Origin: Opitutaceae bacterium
GTDB lineage: Bacteria; Verrucomicrobiota; Verrucomicrobiia; Opitutales; Coraliomargaritaceae
Direction: 5' to 3'
Assembly (NCBI GenBank): GCA_051252375.1
Contig: JBPOFY010000012.1
Span: 10,675-74,674, forward strand
DNA length: 64,000 bases
The position numbers and the translations under genes are program-made. Below, one piece after another: positions 53,937 through 63,840 of this stretch. Numbering within the stretch: the stretch's first letter is position 1; each line of letters starts with the position of its first letter. The notes beneath the pieces were generated by a model that saw nothing but the letters and a program-made list of their open reading frames with translations, searched no databases and was not told the DNA's origin.

Positions 53937-56900
53937 ATGCCTCGTTTACGCTCTATACTACTCGCGAGCACAGTTGCCCTGCTGATTGCTTTTTTGGTTA
54001 CCAATCAACTGGAGAATGTGGACTCGTCGTCCAGCCCGCAGGCACCTGTTGAAGTCGCGCGGCTTGCTCCGGTCGAGGATTTTGACGCCGCAGATGTCGT
54101 CGATTTTCGAGAATGGCAGACCGCCTATCGAGATGCACCTAAAGCTTCTCAGTCGAGCATGTTGCGACATGGCATCGCATCGGCAAAAGCACGTTCGGAG
54201 CAGATGAGGGAACTGATAATGACTGACCCTGCCGCGGCACTCGAACAAGTCGTATCACTTGCAGAGTATGCTCAACTGCCAGAAGAGTTGCTACCTTATG
54301 TCGAGCAACCAGTCAGTGGCTATGGCGATATTGATTTAGAGTGGGCGACGCATGTGGGCACGGATCGCAGTCTGCAATGTGCACATCAAAATAGATTATA
54401 CTTTAGTGGGGAGCAGTATGCCCTCTATGGCCCAGACTATCGTGCGGATCAACAGCCCAGCCTCGACGTTCCAATAGTGGCTTATTTGTTGGATGATTTG
54501 GCATTGATGCCTGCTGCTTCGCTCTTACCGGTCAGCGGAGTCGATATTGAGGCGGCTAAGGCCATATTTGGCGCCGCGGAACAGGACGGGCTTGATCCTA
54601 TCACTCAACAACCGATTGATACTGAGGTCGCCGCAGTGATTGGTGGTAAGGTGTATCAGTTTTCCAGTCGTGAGATTTTGGATACAGTTGCCGCTGAGTT
54701 GGAGGCGGCTGAACGCGCCACTGCCGAGACGAAACAATATACGGTGAAATCACCCTATGCGTGGCTTGCCGGTGATTCCGGGGGTGATGAGCAGGGCATT
54801 ACGGAGAGTAGTTATTTTGCCGACGACAACATCACAGTGCTGTTCATTCGTTGTGATTTTTCCGATTTTCCAGGATCTCCTGTGAGTAAACTCGATTTAG
54901 AAACCGATTTAGCAACGATCAGTGGGCACCTCAATACGATGTCCTATGGGGCGGCTTCGATTACTGCATCGGTGACAACAACTTTATATCGAGCGACTGG
55001 TTCTACTTATACAACTGGTGTCGGATATGCACAAGCAGGTGCTAATTCTGCTCTGTATGATGATGTCGTCGCGGCATACGATGCTGCGGCTGATTTTTCC
55101 GCCAGTTCCGCATATGACGTGGTGGCGATCTATTTCCCTAAATTAACTAGTGTTTCAGGCTCACAAATCACCTACGGTGGTCTCGCGTCAGTTGGCGGTT
55201 CGCGCCATTGGATTAATGGTCTAACTACCAGTTCCGGACGCACCGAAGTGATTACTCACGAGTTCGGTCATAATTATGGTCTCTATCATGCAAATTATTG
55301 GCATCCAGAACAAGAGCTTGGGGGCAGTTACAAAGATCCCAACGGCAATAGCCTAGAGTATGGCGATATCTTCGATACCATGGGTAATGGGAACCTTGCA
55401 GAGTCACACTTCAGCCAATACCAGAAAAACAAAATTGATTGGATCGATGATTCCAAGGTTCAAGACGTTTCTGTAGGCGGCACCTATAAGGTGTATCGTT
55501 TCGACCATATCGATGCGGATGATAATCCATTGCTCGCACTGCGTGTGCCATTACAAGACGATGTGCATTATTGGGTCGGTTTTCGTCAGCTCTATACCAG
55601 CAATGCAAATGCTTTTAGCGGCGCGTATGTCGTGGGAGAGGGACTTTATACAAACCGCCCGAACTTAATTGACATGACACCAGAGTCGGAAATCGCAGAG
55701 AGCTCGGATCGTTTTGATGCCTGCTTGCCGGTAGGGAGTAATTATTATGATGCCGATTCAGGTGTGACTTTGACCGCGGTCTCGAAGGGCACCGATGGTG
55801 CTGGGGATGAATGGCTCAATGTGACGGTCGATTTCGAAAGCCGCTTTGGTATTGTTCAAGACCCTTACGAGGCGCTTGAAAACGCTGGCACGGTCAGTGT
55901 CACTGTGCGTCGCCTATATCCGGAAGGCGCGATTACTGTCGGGTATATGACCTCCAATGGCTCTGCGACTGCAGGACTCGATTACGTCGCCGACAGTGGC
56001 ACCTTATTTTGGGGAATCGGTGATACTTCTACGCGTCAGATCACGATCACATTGAATGAAGATTCTGAGATTGAAGGCACTGAAGATTTTACCATCACCC
56101 TCTCTGATCCCACTCCAGGGGTGCTGATCAATGGCGAAGAATCAGTCACGGTTTCGATTCTCGATTACGTCAGCGAAGTCGGGCTCGTTTCGGATTTCTA
56201 TGAATACGATGAAGCCGCAGGTGTGGCTTATGTTTCTGTTGAACGATTGGTTTCAGATAGCGGATCGGTCTCCGTCGACTATGCGACGAGTGACGACAGC
56301 GCGACCGCTGGTTCTGACTATAACGCCACCACTGGAACTGTGACTTGGGCAGATGGTGATTCCACAGGCAAGAAAATCGCCATCAGTATCAAACCAGACA
56401 CAGCAGTAGAAGGCATTGAAGACTTTACGCTGACTTTGAGTAATCCAGTTTCAGGGATTCTCGCTTCTGGGCAAACTACCGAGACGGTATCGATCCTAGA
56501 TCCTGGGCAACGTTATCCATCATTTACGCCGGATTTCTTTAATAACTCAGTTCGTGCCATAGGGTTCCAGTCCGATGGTCGAGCGATTATTGGTGGCACT
56601 ATCAGCCACACGAGCGGCGATTTTTCCGGTGCAGGCAATATCGTGCGATTGAACTCACTAGGCGATGTAGATCCAGGCTTTAATTCGGGAGGCGTGGGGT
56701 TCAATAGCGACGTTGATCAAATTATTGTGCAGTCGGACGATTCCATTTTAGTTCGTGGCAGCTTCACAGCTTATAATGGCACCACAGTTCCTGGCTTAGC
56801 GCTGTTAGATTCAGAAGGTGTGCTCGATGCCACCTTTAACACGAACCTAGGAACTGCAGCAAATGCATCGGTCTACACCATCGCATTGGAAGGGGATGGT

Positions 56901-58043
56901 CACATTTTAGTCGGAGGCAGTTTTACTGATTTTAATGGAACGACTACCGAGGGTTTGATTCGTTTAAATTCGAATGGCACGGTTGATGATTCACTGATCT
57001 TACCTTTTGTCACTTCATGGACTACTCGAGTGCGCGGAATTTACGTTGAGCCTGATGGTAAATTAACGGTTGTCGGAGGCTTTTACCTCGGCGGTGGTGC
57101 GGATGGCTTCCGTTCAGGTATTGCTCGTCTGAATGCAGACGGCACTCGTGATGCTAGCTTTGATCCAGATGCTGGCTTACATTCGGATGGTGCCACATCG
57201 ACCTTGAGCAGTGGCTATACTATAGCGCAGTTACCAGATGGCGATTACTTGGTTAGTGGTTTCTTTAGTGCGTATGATGAAAACGCAGTAGATGACTTTG
57301 TTCGCGTCAATAATGATGGGACATTTGATCGTGCTTATGGCACAGCATTTGATGATTATGTTCCTGTGATGTTAATTGAGCCCTTCGGTGCGGCTCTAGT
57401 CGGTGGATATTTTAATACACCAGTGACGGATTTTTTAAGGATTAAAGAAGATTGGACAGAGGATGTAGATTTTCAATCTAGCGGAGGTCCTAGTAGCACG
57501 GTATATGCATTGGCGTATGCACCCGATGGATCGTTCTGGGTGGGCGGTAACTTCTTTAACTACAACGGCAGCTCATCGCGCCCCATCGTTCGCCTAGCGA
57601 GTGGGGTGTCACCCTACGATTTCTGGGCGCAGGATAATTTCACCTTAGCTCAGATTGCTTCCGGTGATGCGGATCCTGATCAGGATCCAGATGGAGATGG
57701 CATTGTGAATCTCGGAGAGATGGCATTGGGCACGGATCCTGATGTTGCCGATGCGAGCTCCGTCTTCGGTTCGGGTAATCTGAGTGGCTTATCGCTCGTG
57801 GATGTGTCTGGTAGCAACTACCTCCAAATGACGCTCGATAAGAGCGCCTTGAGCGGTGGTGTCTGGTATTGTGTGCAAGTGTCATCAGATCTGAGCACAT
57901 GGAGCCCAGATCCAGCAGTTCCCGGGGATGAAACGGCGTTTGAGATTTTAGAAGACAGTGCCAGCCGCCTGATCATTCGTGATAAGACTCCGATCTCTGC
58001 GGGGAGTCCACGGTTCGTTCGAGTTGTGCTGAAAACACCTTAA
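53937..58043 (+). CDS. Large secreted metzincin-like zinc protease with Calx-beta repeats, delta-60-repeat region and a C-terminal DxDGDG module
   Basis: HEFGHNYGLYH (HExxHxxGxxH). Calx-beta-like units (GSATAGLDYVADSGTL...EGTEDFTITLS, repeated). Delta-60-like repeats (G.F..YNGT...L..L.S.G..D..FN). C-terminal DPDGDGIVNLGEMALGTDP. Confidence 0.8.
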   Translation: MPRLRSILLASTVALLIAFLVTNQLENVDSSSSPQAPVEVARLAPVEDFDAADVVDFREWQTAYRDAPKASQSSMLRHGIASAKARSEQMRELIMTDPAAALEQVVSLAEYAQLPEELLPYVEQPVSGYGDIDLEWATHVGTDRSLQCAHQNRLYFSGEQYALYGPDYRADQQPSLDVPIVAYLLDDLALMPAASLLPVSGVDIEAAKAIFGAAEQDGLDPITQQPIDTEVAAVIGGKVYQFSSREILDTVAAELEAAERATAETKQYTVKSPYAWLAGDSGGDEQGITESSYFADDNITVLFIRCDFSDFPGSPVSKLDLETDLATISGHLNTMSYGAASITASVTTTLYRATGSTYTTGVGYAQAGANSALYDDVVAAYDAAADFSASSAYDVVAIYFPKLTSVSGSQITYGGLASVGGSRHWINGLTTSSGRTEVITHEFGHNYGLYHANYWHPEQELGGSYKDPNGNSLEYGDIFDTMGNGNLAESHFSQYQKNKIDWIDDSKVQDVSVGGTYKVYRFDHIDADDNPLLALRVPLQDDVHYWVGFRQLYTSNANAFSGAYVVGEGLYTNRPNLIDMTPESEIAESSDRFDACLPVGSNYYDADSGVTLTAVSKGTDGAGDEWLNVTVDFESRFGIVQDPYEALENAGTVSVTVRRLYPEGAITVGYMTSNGSATAGLDYVADSGTLFWGIGDTSTRQITITLNEDSEIEGTEDFTITLSDPTPGVLINGEESVTVSILDYVSEVGLVSDFYEYDEAAGVAYVSVERLVSDSGSVSVDYATSDDSATAGSDYNATTGTVTWADGDSTGKKIAISIKPDTAVEGIEDFTLTLSNPVSGILASGQTTETVSILDPGQRYPSFTPDFFNNSVRAIGFQSDGRAIIGGTISHTSGDFSGAGNIVRLNSLGDVDPGFNSGGVGFNSDVDQIIVQSDDSILVRGSFTAYNGTTVPGLALLDSEGVLDATFNTNLGTAANASVYTIALEGDGHILVGGSFTDFNGTTTEGLIRLNSNGTVDDSLILPFVTSWTTRVRGIYVEPDGKLTVVGGFYLGGGADGFRSGIARLNADGTRDASFDPDAGLHSDGATSTLSSGYTIAQLPDGDYLVSGFFSAYDENAVDDFVRVNNDGTFDRAYGTAFDDYVPVMLIEPFGAALVGGYFNTPVTDFLRIKEDWTEDVDFQSSGGPSSTVYALAYAPDGSFWVGGNFFNYNGSSSRPIVRLASGVSPYDFWAQDNFTLAQIASGDADPDQDPDGDGIVNLGEMALGTDPDVADASSVFGSGNLSGLSLVDVSGSNYLQMTLDKSALSGGVWYCVQVSSDLSTWSPDPAVPGDETAFEILEDSASRLIIRDKTPISAGSPRFVRVVLKTP

Positions 58044-58092
58044 GCAGCTTCGGTCAGGTGTAACTGTTTGAGCACCGCGGCGATTGATTCAC
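58039..58092. repeat. 54-bp direct repeat, copy A (duplicate of the 3' end of the monooxygenase gene)
   Basis: CTTAAGCAGCTTCGGTCAGGTGTAACTGTTTGAGCACCGCGGCGATTGATTCAC matches 60518-60571 at 53/54 positions. Confidence 0.85.
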
Positions 58093-60417
58093 TTACTTCG
58101 TTTGCACGCGGCAACGGAGGAAGTGTTTGTCTGCTCCCCCTTGCGCTAGCGCTAGGCGCACGACGACATTCCCAGCACTATTGGTGTTTCGGGAAAGATG
58201 TAGGTCTTCGGTATCCCAGCTGTTGAGGTCATCGCAGGCTTCAAAAATGAGTTCTAGATCGTCGGGAATGAGGCTTGGGTTGTAAGTCGCTTGAATGAAT
58301 TGTTGGCCTTCGCTGTCCTCGTAGAGCTTGTAGTCTGGGGCATTGCCTCGACTGACGCGTGAAGTTGAAAGCCCGAATGCGCGCTCGACCAAGTCCGCTA
58401 TCCCGTCTCCATCATGATCGGCGGTATTGGCACCGTCGCCTATTTCGATGTGAACGATGCCAAGGTTAGAGTCTGTGCGGTTATCCATCGCGCAGTAGGT
58501 GAAAAGGTCGGTGCCGACAAAGCCAGGGTTTGGAGTGTAGGCGATTAGCGCTCCGGAGATGGCGAGTGTGCCGTGGCTCGGTGGGCTGATGATGCGGTAG
58601 CTCAAGTCCGCGGTGTCGGCATCTGTCCCGAGTAGCGTGGCGCCGGCAGTTGTATCCGCAGCGGTGAGTAAACTAAAGTTTTGGACCGTGGGTTTGGCTT
58701 GTCGGAAGTGGTCGCTCTCGTTCGGCCCCGCGTGGCAGTCGTAGCAACTCACACGTTGCCCTTGCCAATAAGTGATGGTTGGGCCGCCTTTTTGGGTGTT
58801 GAGTGTGCGTGGTCCGAGTGCTTGCGAGAGCACGCCACCAGTGAGACCTAGTCCATGGCATGCTTTGCATTGGGTGGCGTCGCGGCTATCATTGTTTTCC
58901 GGTATCACATCGTGGTGTTCCTCCACCCACCAGTTGCCGATGCCATGCATACCATGGGGGCCCCCATCGATGGTTCGAGTGCGGGCGGTGTCGTTCTGGT
59001 GGCAAGACGAGCAGTCTCCGATCGTGCCGATATGCCCTTGGATGGCGAGTGACTGTAAATTGTCGTTTCGTTCCGAAGTGGGGTAGATCGCGTGGGGCGA
59101 ACCGTGGCAGGCGGAGCATTTCATATCTCCATGCCCTTTTGAAAAACGGAAGAGTGAGATGCCTGGAGCAGGCGTGTCCGGGTTGGTGGCAAAGCGCGCA
59201 TCGGCTGGCACTCGCTCGTTACCTTCGTTGTCGAATGAGCTGGTGAAGCGAACTGCTCCGGAGTGGTTGGTATAAGTGCCGGTGTGGCAGCTTTGACAGT
59301 TTGGTTCATCAAACCAACCAGTGCGCGTGTTGGCGCCGACAGTTTCCATGTTACCGTGGCAACTCTGGCAGGACATCAACGGCTGTCCGAAAGCATCGGA
59401 GGTGCGGCCCATCGCTCCACGTAAGCAGCGGGTTTCTTTGCCCGGATGGCATTGGTAGCAACTCGTGCGGTTCTCCGATGCATTCATTAATAGGCCAGTT
59501 ATCGGGTCGGCCACATCGCTGTGTCCGGCGTGCATGGCTTGGGTGAGGGGAGGGACACCATCACTGCCATTCGTTGAGAGTGCGTTGCTGGCATGGCATG
59601 ATGCGCAAAGAATGGCTCGGCTGTCGTTGGTGACGGTGTGGGCGAGTCCACTCAAGTTGTAGCCATGCTCAGCAAGGGCATCGAGGTAAACGGTCTCGGT
59701 TAGATGCTTACTGTCATGTAGGCGCAGAATGTTCATTCTATAATCCCGCACCGGATCGGGGTCGTTCTGCCATCCACTCGTAGGCATTGCAGCAGCACTC
59801 GCATTTGAGGCATGGCAACTCACGCAGTTCATTTCAGCAGAGACGGGTGCAGTTACGACAGTTTCGGCGAGCAGTGTGCCGTCGATTTGGCGGGCGGTGA
59901 CGCGGATAAGTGGGTATGCTTGTGTATCGCCCCATTTATCCGTTGGAATAATGGGGATGCCTTCGGCGGTCCACCATTCGTGGGTGTCATTCCAATGCAT
60001 GGGTTGGGGGTTGTTATTCACACCTGGCATCTTGTTGGCAAACAGCCCTGTGTCGTTCGCCATAGTGGCACCAAAAAGCTCATCCGCATGCTCCCAGAAA
60101 TTGGTGCCGGTTGAGGAGGTCTTGGTTTCTGAACCATCCGGATCGGTCGCCGCTTGATAGAAAAGTTCTATACCTGCGGTGCCCGTGATGCGGTTGCCAT
60201 TCCGGTCGATCAATTGCGCATTGAGTGTATTGAAAGGCGGTAGGATCGCAAATACGGCAAAATCTTCATCCATGCAGTGCATGCCGAGGTCATTCCAAGT
60301 CATCAAAGTCCAACCGGAATTGATTTCAGGCTCAGAAGCAGTCTCCAGTCCCCACGCATAGCTACATGCCAATGCGATGACAACTGTTGCCCCTAAGGGC
60401 TGTATCCATCGTTTCAT
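58093..60417 (-). CDS. Secreted multiheme c-type cytochrome (nine CxxCH) with an Ig/cadherin-like domain and a C-terminal DxDGDG module
   Basis: CVSCH, CASCH, CYQCH, CQSCH, CQSCH, CSACH, CSSCH, CKACH, CYDCH. Start taken at MKRWIQPLGATVVIALA (ATG 60417; the track uses TTG 60456). Confidence 0.8.
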   Translation of the reverse strand: MKRWIQPLGATVVIALACSYAWGLETASEPEINSGWTLMTWNDLGMHCMDEDFAVFAILPPFNTLNAQLIDRNGNRITGTAGIELFYQAATDPDGSETKTSSTGTNFWEHADELFGATMANDTGLFANKMPGVNNNPQPMHWNDTHEWWTAEGIPIIPTDKWGDTQAYPLIRVTARQIDGTLLAETVVTAPVSAEMNCVSCHASNASAAAMPTSGWQNDPDPVRDYRMNILRLHDSKHLTETVYLDALAEHGYNLSGLAHTVTNDSRAILCASCHASNALSTNGSDGVPPLTQAMHAGHSDVADPITGLLMNASENRTSCYQCHPGKETRCLRGAMGRTSDAFGQPLMSCQSCHGNMETVGANTRTGWFDEPNCQSCHTGTYTNHSGAVRFTSSFDNEGNERVPADARFATNPDTPAPGISLFRFSKGHGDMKCSACHGSPHAIYPTSERNDNLQSLAIQGHIGTIGDCSSCHQNDTARTRTIDGGPHGMHGIGNWWVEEHHDVIPENNDSRDATQCKACHGLGLTGGVLSQALGPRTLNTQKGGPTITYWQGQRVSCYDCHAGPNESDHFRQAKPTVQNFSLLTAADTTAGATLLGTDADTADLSYRIISPPSHGTLAISGALIAYTPNPGFVGTDLFTYCAMDNRTDSNLGIVHIEIGDGANTADHDGDGIADLVERAFGLSTSRVSRGNAPDYKLYEDSEGQQFIQATYNPSLIPDDLELIFEACDDLNSWDTEDLHLSRNTNSAGNVVVRLALAQGGADKHFLRCRVQTK

Positions 60418-60517
60418 TGCAGGCTGGAATATAGCTTTTCGATCGAGTCGCGGCAAGGTCGCGCTCGCGCGTAAGGTGCGATATTAGAATGAGGAATGAG
60501 GTGTCTTAGTAATCGTG

Positions 60518-60571
60518 CTTAAGCAGCTTCGGTCAGGTGTAACTGTTTGAGCACCGCGGCGAGTGATTCAC
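60518..60571. repeat. 54-bp direct repeat, copy B (functional 3' end of the monooxygenase CDS)
   Basis: Encodes the C-terminal ...GESLAAVLKQLHLTEAA* on the minus strand. Confidence 0.85.
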
Positions 60572-61784
60572 CTGAAGCGGGGATATTCCCGATGACATTC
60601 TCTCGGTGTTCGAGTAGCCAAGCGGCGGTGGCATCGTGTCCTATAATATGATGGTTCATGTCGAGCAGGCGCTGCCATTCACCCATCCGATCAGCATTGT
60701 AGGCGTGTAGGCGGAACTGGCGCACGTCGTCGCTATCGTCAGTGCACAAGCGTTTGGCTAGATCGGCGGCTTCGTGCATGCCGACATTCATGCTGAGAAT
60801 ACCTGCGGGAGGTGCCATGTGGGCGGCGTCGCCAGCGAGCCAAATACGATCCTTGCCGAACTGATCCGCGAGGTGTTTTTCGAAGTGCACCATGGCCCGC
60901 CATTTCACGTCGTCTGAAGAGCCGATAAACCAAGGGGCGTGTTTTTCTAATAAGTGATCGAGGTGCAGGTTGCTTAGTTCCGGCGCATGTTGCGCTTTGT
61001 GGTCGATCAACTCATGGTCCTTATTCAGTGACGCATTTTCTGCAAACCCCGGTTCCATTTGGAAACTGAAACGACACCGACCATCACCCAGTGGCCAGTA
61101 GATGTGCGTTTTGTTGGCCTCCACGATCATCCGCATTTCCGTCAATAACCGTGCATTGGTCTCAAACTCAAAAATCGCGTAGTCCATGCTGCGTGCGATT
61201 TCTGGGTAGATGATCCCCGCGGCACGGCGTGCCATCGAATTGTAACCATCTGCGGCAATGAGGTAGTTCGCTTTGTATTCGAAGATCTTGTCGATCTCCG
61301 TTTCCATATGAGCGACGGCATAGCCAGTCATGCCCTCAGTCAATCGGTCGACGGTGAATGCGACATGGTCTGGGTTCGGTTCGATACAGCGGGCGCGGTG
61401 CCTCCATAGAGGGTGGTGACCTTTATCTGCCAAGGTTTTGACCAAGATGTCTTCCAATTCGTTTTGCCCAATCACCGCAAGGAACGGATATTTTACAGGC
61501 AACTCACCGTAGTCGATGACTGCACGTTGCTTCTGTGTCTCGTCAAAAATTGTCGACCGTCGAATGCGGTGCGCATTTTTCAAGATCGGATCGATGATGC
61601 CGAGCGTATCGAGTAGTTCCAGTGTCTCGGGGTGCAGAGCCAATGCGTAGCTGTGAATATTCGCTCTTTTTTCTCGGTCGAGGAGAACAAAATCCATGCC
61701 TTCATCGGCAAGGGTATGAGCGGCAGTTAGTCCGACGGGGCCAGCGCCAAGGACTGCGATATCGACTGATTTGTGATTAAACAT
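60519..61784 (-). CDS. FAD-dependent monooxygenase (aromatic-ring hydroxylase-like)
   Basis: N-terminal Rossmann motif VDIAVLGAGPVGLTAA and the later GDAAHMAPPAG motif. Confidence 0.85.
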   Translation of the reverse strand: MFNHKSVDIAVLGAGPVGLTAAHTLADEGMDFVLLDREKRANIHSYALALHPETLELLDTLGIIDPILKNAHRIRRSTIFDETQKQRAVIDYGELPVKYPFLAVIGQNELEDILVKTLADKGHHPLWRHRARCIEPNPDHVAFTVDRLTEGMTGYAVAHMETEIDKIFEYKANYLIAADGYNSMARRAAGIIYPEIARSMDYAIFEFETNARLLTEMRMIVEANKTHIYWPLGDGRCRFSFQMEPGFAENASLNKDHELIDHKAQHAPELSNLHLDHLLEKHAPWFIGSSDDVKWRAMVHFEKHLADQFGKDRIWLAGDAAHMAPPAGILSMNVGMHEAADLAKRLCTDDSDDVRQFRLHAYNADRMGEWQRLLDMNHHIIGHDATAAWLLEHRENVIGNIPASGESLAAVLKQLHLTEAA

Positions 61785-61964
61785 GACATCTGGGGTTCGG
61801 GGTGAGTGGATACTTCAGTGCTTTGCTTTCGCGCTGAAGCTATCCTAAGAAAAACCGTTCCGAAGGTCAATCGTGATTTCGGCGAAAACGCCGCTATTAG
61901 CCCGAACCGCGGGTCTATCGTGGTCGCCTAATTTAGGCGGCTATACTCGCTGGGCAGCGAGAAG

Positions 61965-62255
61965 TCACTCTGTCACGTCCCGATTTCGAATCAGCACTTT
62001 TCCTTCGTAAATCCAGCGATACGGGCGTGTGCTGCCGCGTGTGATCTGGATACGACTGAACTCCACCGCCTTTTGTTTTTCATCTACCATGACTGGGCAG
62101 AGAAAAGTATCTTCCGGCCAGATTTCTGGATCGGGTAGTTCCTTCGCAGCGGTGTTGATTTGGGTCAAATTAGGGATGAATTTGGCGCTGGAGGACCGGC
62201 TAGATTTGGTTCGTGAGCTAGAGCTACGGCTAGAGCGTGAGGATTTTGAAGTCAT
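61965..62255 (-). CDS. Hypothetical small protein with a Ser/Arg-rich N-terminus
   Basis: MTSKSSRSSRSSSSRTKSSRSSSAKF... followed by a non-repetitive 70-aa part. No homology recognised. Confidence 0.4.
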   Translation of the reverse strand: MTSKSSRSSRSSSSRTKSSRSSSAKFIPNLTQINTAAKELPDPEIWPEDTFLCPVMVDEKQKAVEFSRIQITRGSTRPYRWIYEGKVLIRNRDVTE

Positions 62256-62456
62256 GTCGGATTGGCAATGATGTTAGGTGCATGAAACTTGCAGAGAATG
62301 GTGGGCAAATAAATCAAAAACTCACTCAAGCCATGCTCTGTAGTCGATTTGAATGCATCAGAGAAGGCTGGGGTGGCGCATATTACTTTCGGAATGATGA
62401 ATTTTCACTTGATTTCAGGCGCTTCCTGCAATTACTTGCGCCATTGTTATTTACAA

Positions 62457-62530
<74 letters not shown>

Positions 62531-62536
62531 CTTTTT

Positions 62537-62571
62537 AAAACCGTCTCAGAGCATCTCTGGGGCGGTTTTTT
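62537..62571 (+). terminator. Rho-independent terminator after tRNA-Cys
   Basis: AAAACCGTCTCAGAG-CAT-CTCTGGGGCGGTTTTTT. Confidence 0.6.
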
Positions 62572-62653
62572 ACTTTCTTCCAAAGTTGTAGTTAGAAACC
62601 AATCTTCGCTTGACTTGCCGTTTGGTAACCTTTTCCTACGCTCTTTCTTATTT

Positions 62654-62728
<75 letters not shown>

Positions 62729-62740
62729 TTTTTTAGATTA

Positions 62741-62770
62741 AAGCCTTCCGGACTTTCGGGAGGCTTTTTT
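62741..62770 (+). terminator. Rho-independent terminator after tRNA-CAU
   Basis: AAGCCTTCCG-GACTTT-CGGGAGGCTTTTTT. Confidence 0.6.
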
Positions 62771-62958
62771 CGTTTTGAAGCCGCATGGAGGGCAGCTTTG
62801 AACTGCTGGAAGTGGTCCGGTCCGTTTCACGTCTGGTCATGTCGTCGCTTCGCTCCTCGGAATTGGCACCATTTTTCAAAGATTGGTTTAGTCTTGCGAA
62901 TAAGGCAGACACTCAGCCCTTGACCTATACATTTGTTCACTGATATGCTCTCCCAATC

Positions 62959-63840
62959 ATGAGCAAAAAAAATATCAAACCTTTTGGTGGGGCATGGTCG
63001 GACGCAAAGCTTATAGCCCTTAGCGCATACCTTGAAGCTTACACCCATGCTCTCAAGAACAAGCCCTTCAAGCTCGCCTACATCGATGCATTTGCAGGAG
63101 CAGGGCTAAGAGACGTCAAGGAAGCCCAAGAAGGTTGGTTTAATGATGAATTCATCGAAGAAGATAAGCAGTATCGACATGGTTCCCCGTTGATAGCCCT
63201 TTCAAATAAGCCAAAGTTCCAAACACTCATATTTATAGAAAAAGATGCGGTCTCGCTTAACAAACTACAGGAGCAGATAGAAACGCTCCCCGAAGCCAAA
63301 GAACGAGACATCCACTTCCTGCAAGGAGACGCTAATACACAACTCCAAGCCCTAATGAAACGAAATTGGTCAGGGAGGCGAGCTGTCGCATTCCTAGACC
63401 CCTTCGCCCTGGAGGTGAACTGGGACACCATCGAGCATATCGCCAAAACAGAAGCAGTTGACATGTGGCTCCTATTCCCAGCAATGGCTGTAAATCGCAT
63501 GTTGCCAAAATCTGGAAAAATACCACCGCAATGGACAGAGCGGCTAAACCGCCTGTTCGGAACAAACGATTGGCAAGAAATATTCTACACAAAAGACCAA
63601 CCAGATTTGTTCGGCGACGAGCAAATAAGTAAGACCCCTAAAGTATTTGAGCTATTAAGCGAATATGTCACACAACGTCTCAAGAGCGTTTTTGCAGGAA
63701 CACACAAGTCCCCTCTCATTCTGAGGAACAGCTCAGGTGCGCCACTATTCCTACTCTGCTTTGCAAGCGGAAACCCCAGAGGCGCACCAATTGCGACTCG
63801 CATAGCACAGCATATTATTAATTCTACTCTCAATGGCTAA
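62959..63840 (+). CDS. tcmP: TcmP-like protein (three-Cys-motif partner protein), methyltransferase-like fold
   Basis: The N-terminal W.D.KL..L..YL..Y and YIDAFAGAG fit my recollection of the TcmP family. GSP, FIEKD, QGDAN and FLDPF look like Rossmann MTase motifs. Confidence 0.65.
   Translation: MSKKNIKPFGGAWSDAKLIALSAYLEAYTHALKNKPFKLAYIDAFAGAGLRDVKEAQEGWFNDEFIEEDKQYRHGSPLIALSNKPKFQTLIFIEKDAVSLNKLQEQIETLPEAKERDIHFLQGDANTQLQALMKRNWSGRRAVAFLDPFALEVNWDTIEHIAKTEAVDMWLLFPAMAVNRMLPKSGKIPPQWTERLNRLFGTNDWQEIFYTKDQPDLFGDEQISKTPKVFELLSEYVTQRLKSVFAGTHKSPLILRNSSGAPLFLLCFASGNPRGAPIATRIAQHIINSTLNG

Noticed and set aside
60501-60510. GTGTCTTAGT matching the inverted repeat of the GxxExxY cassette
   Set aside because: It is only a 10-nt match with no partner repeat nearby, which is compatible with chance in 64 kb.
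62772-62958. Small ORFs (62720..62923 +, 62827..63048 -) and a possible integrase next to the tRNAs
   Set aside because: There are no integrase or recombinase motifs. The ORFs are short, overlap each other and lack support.
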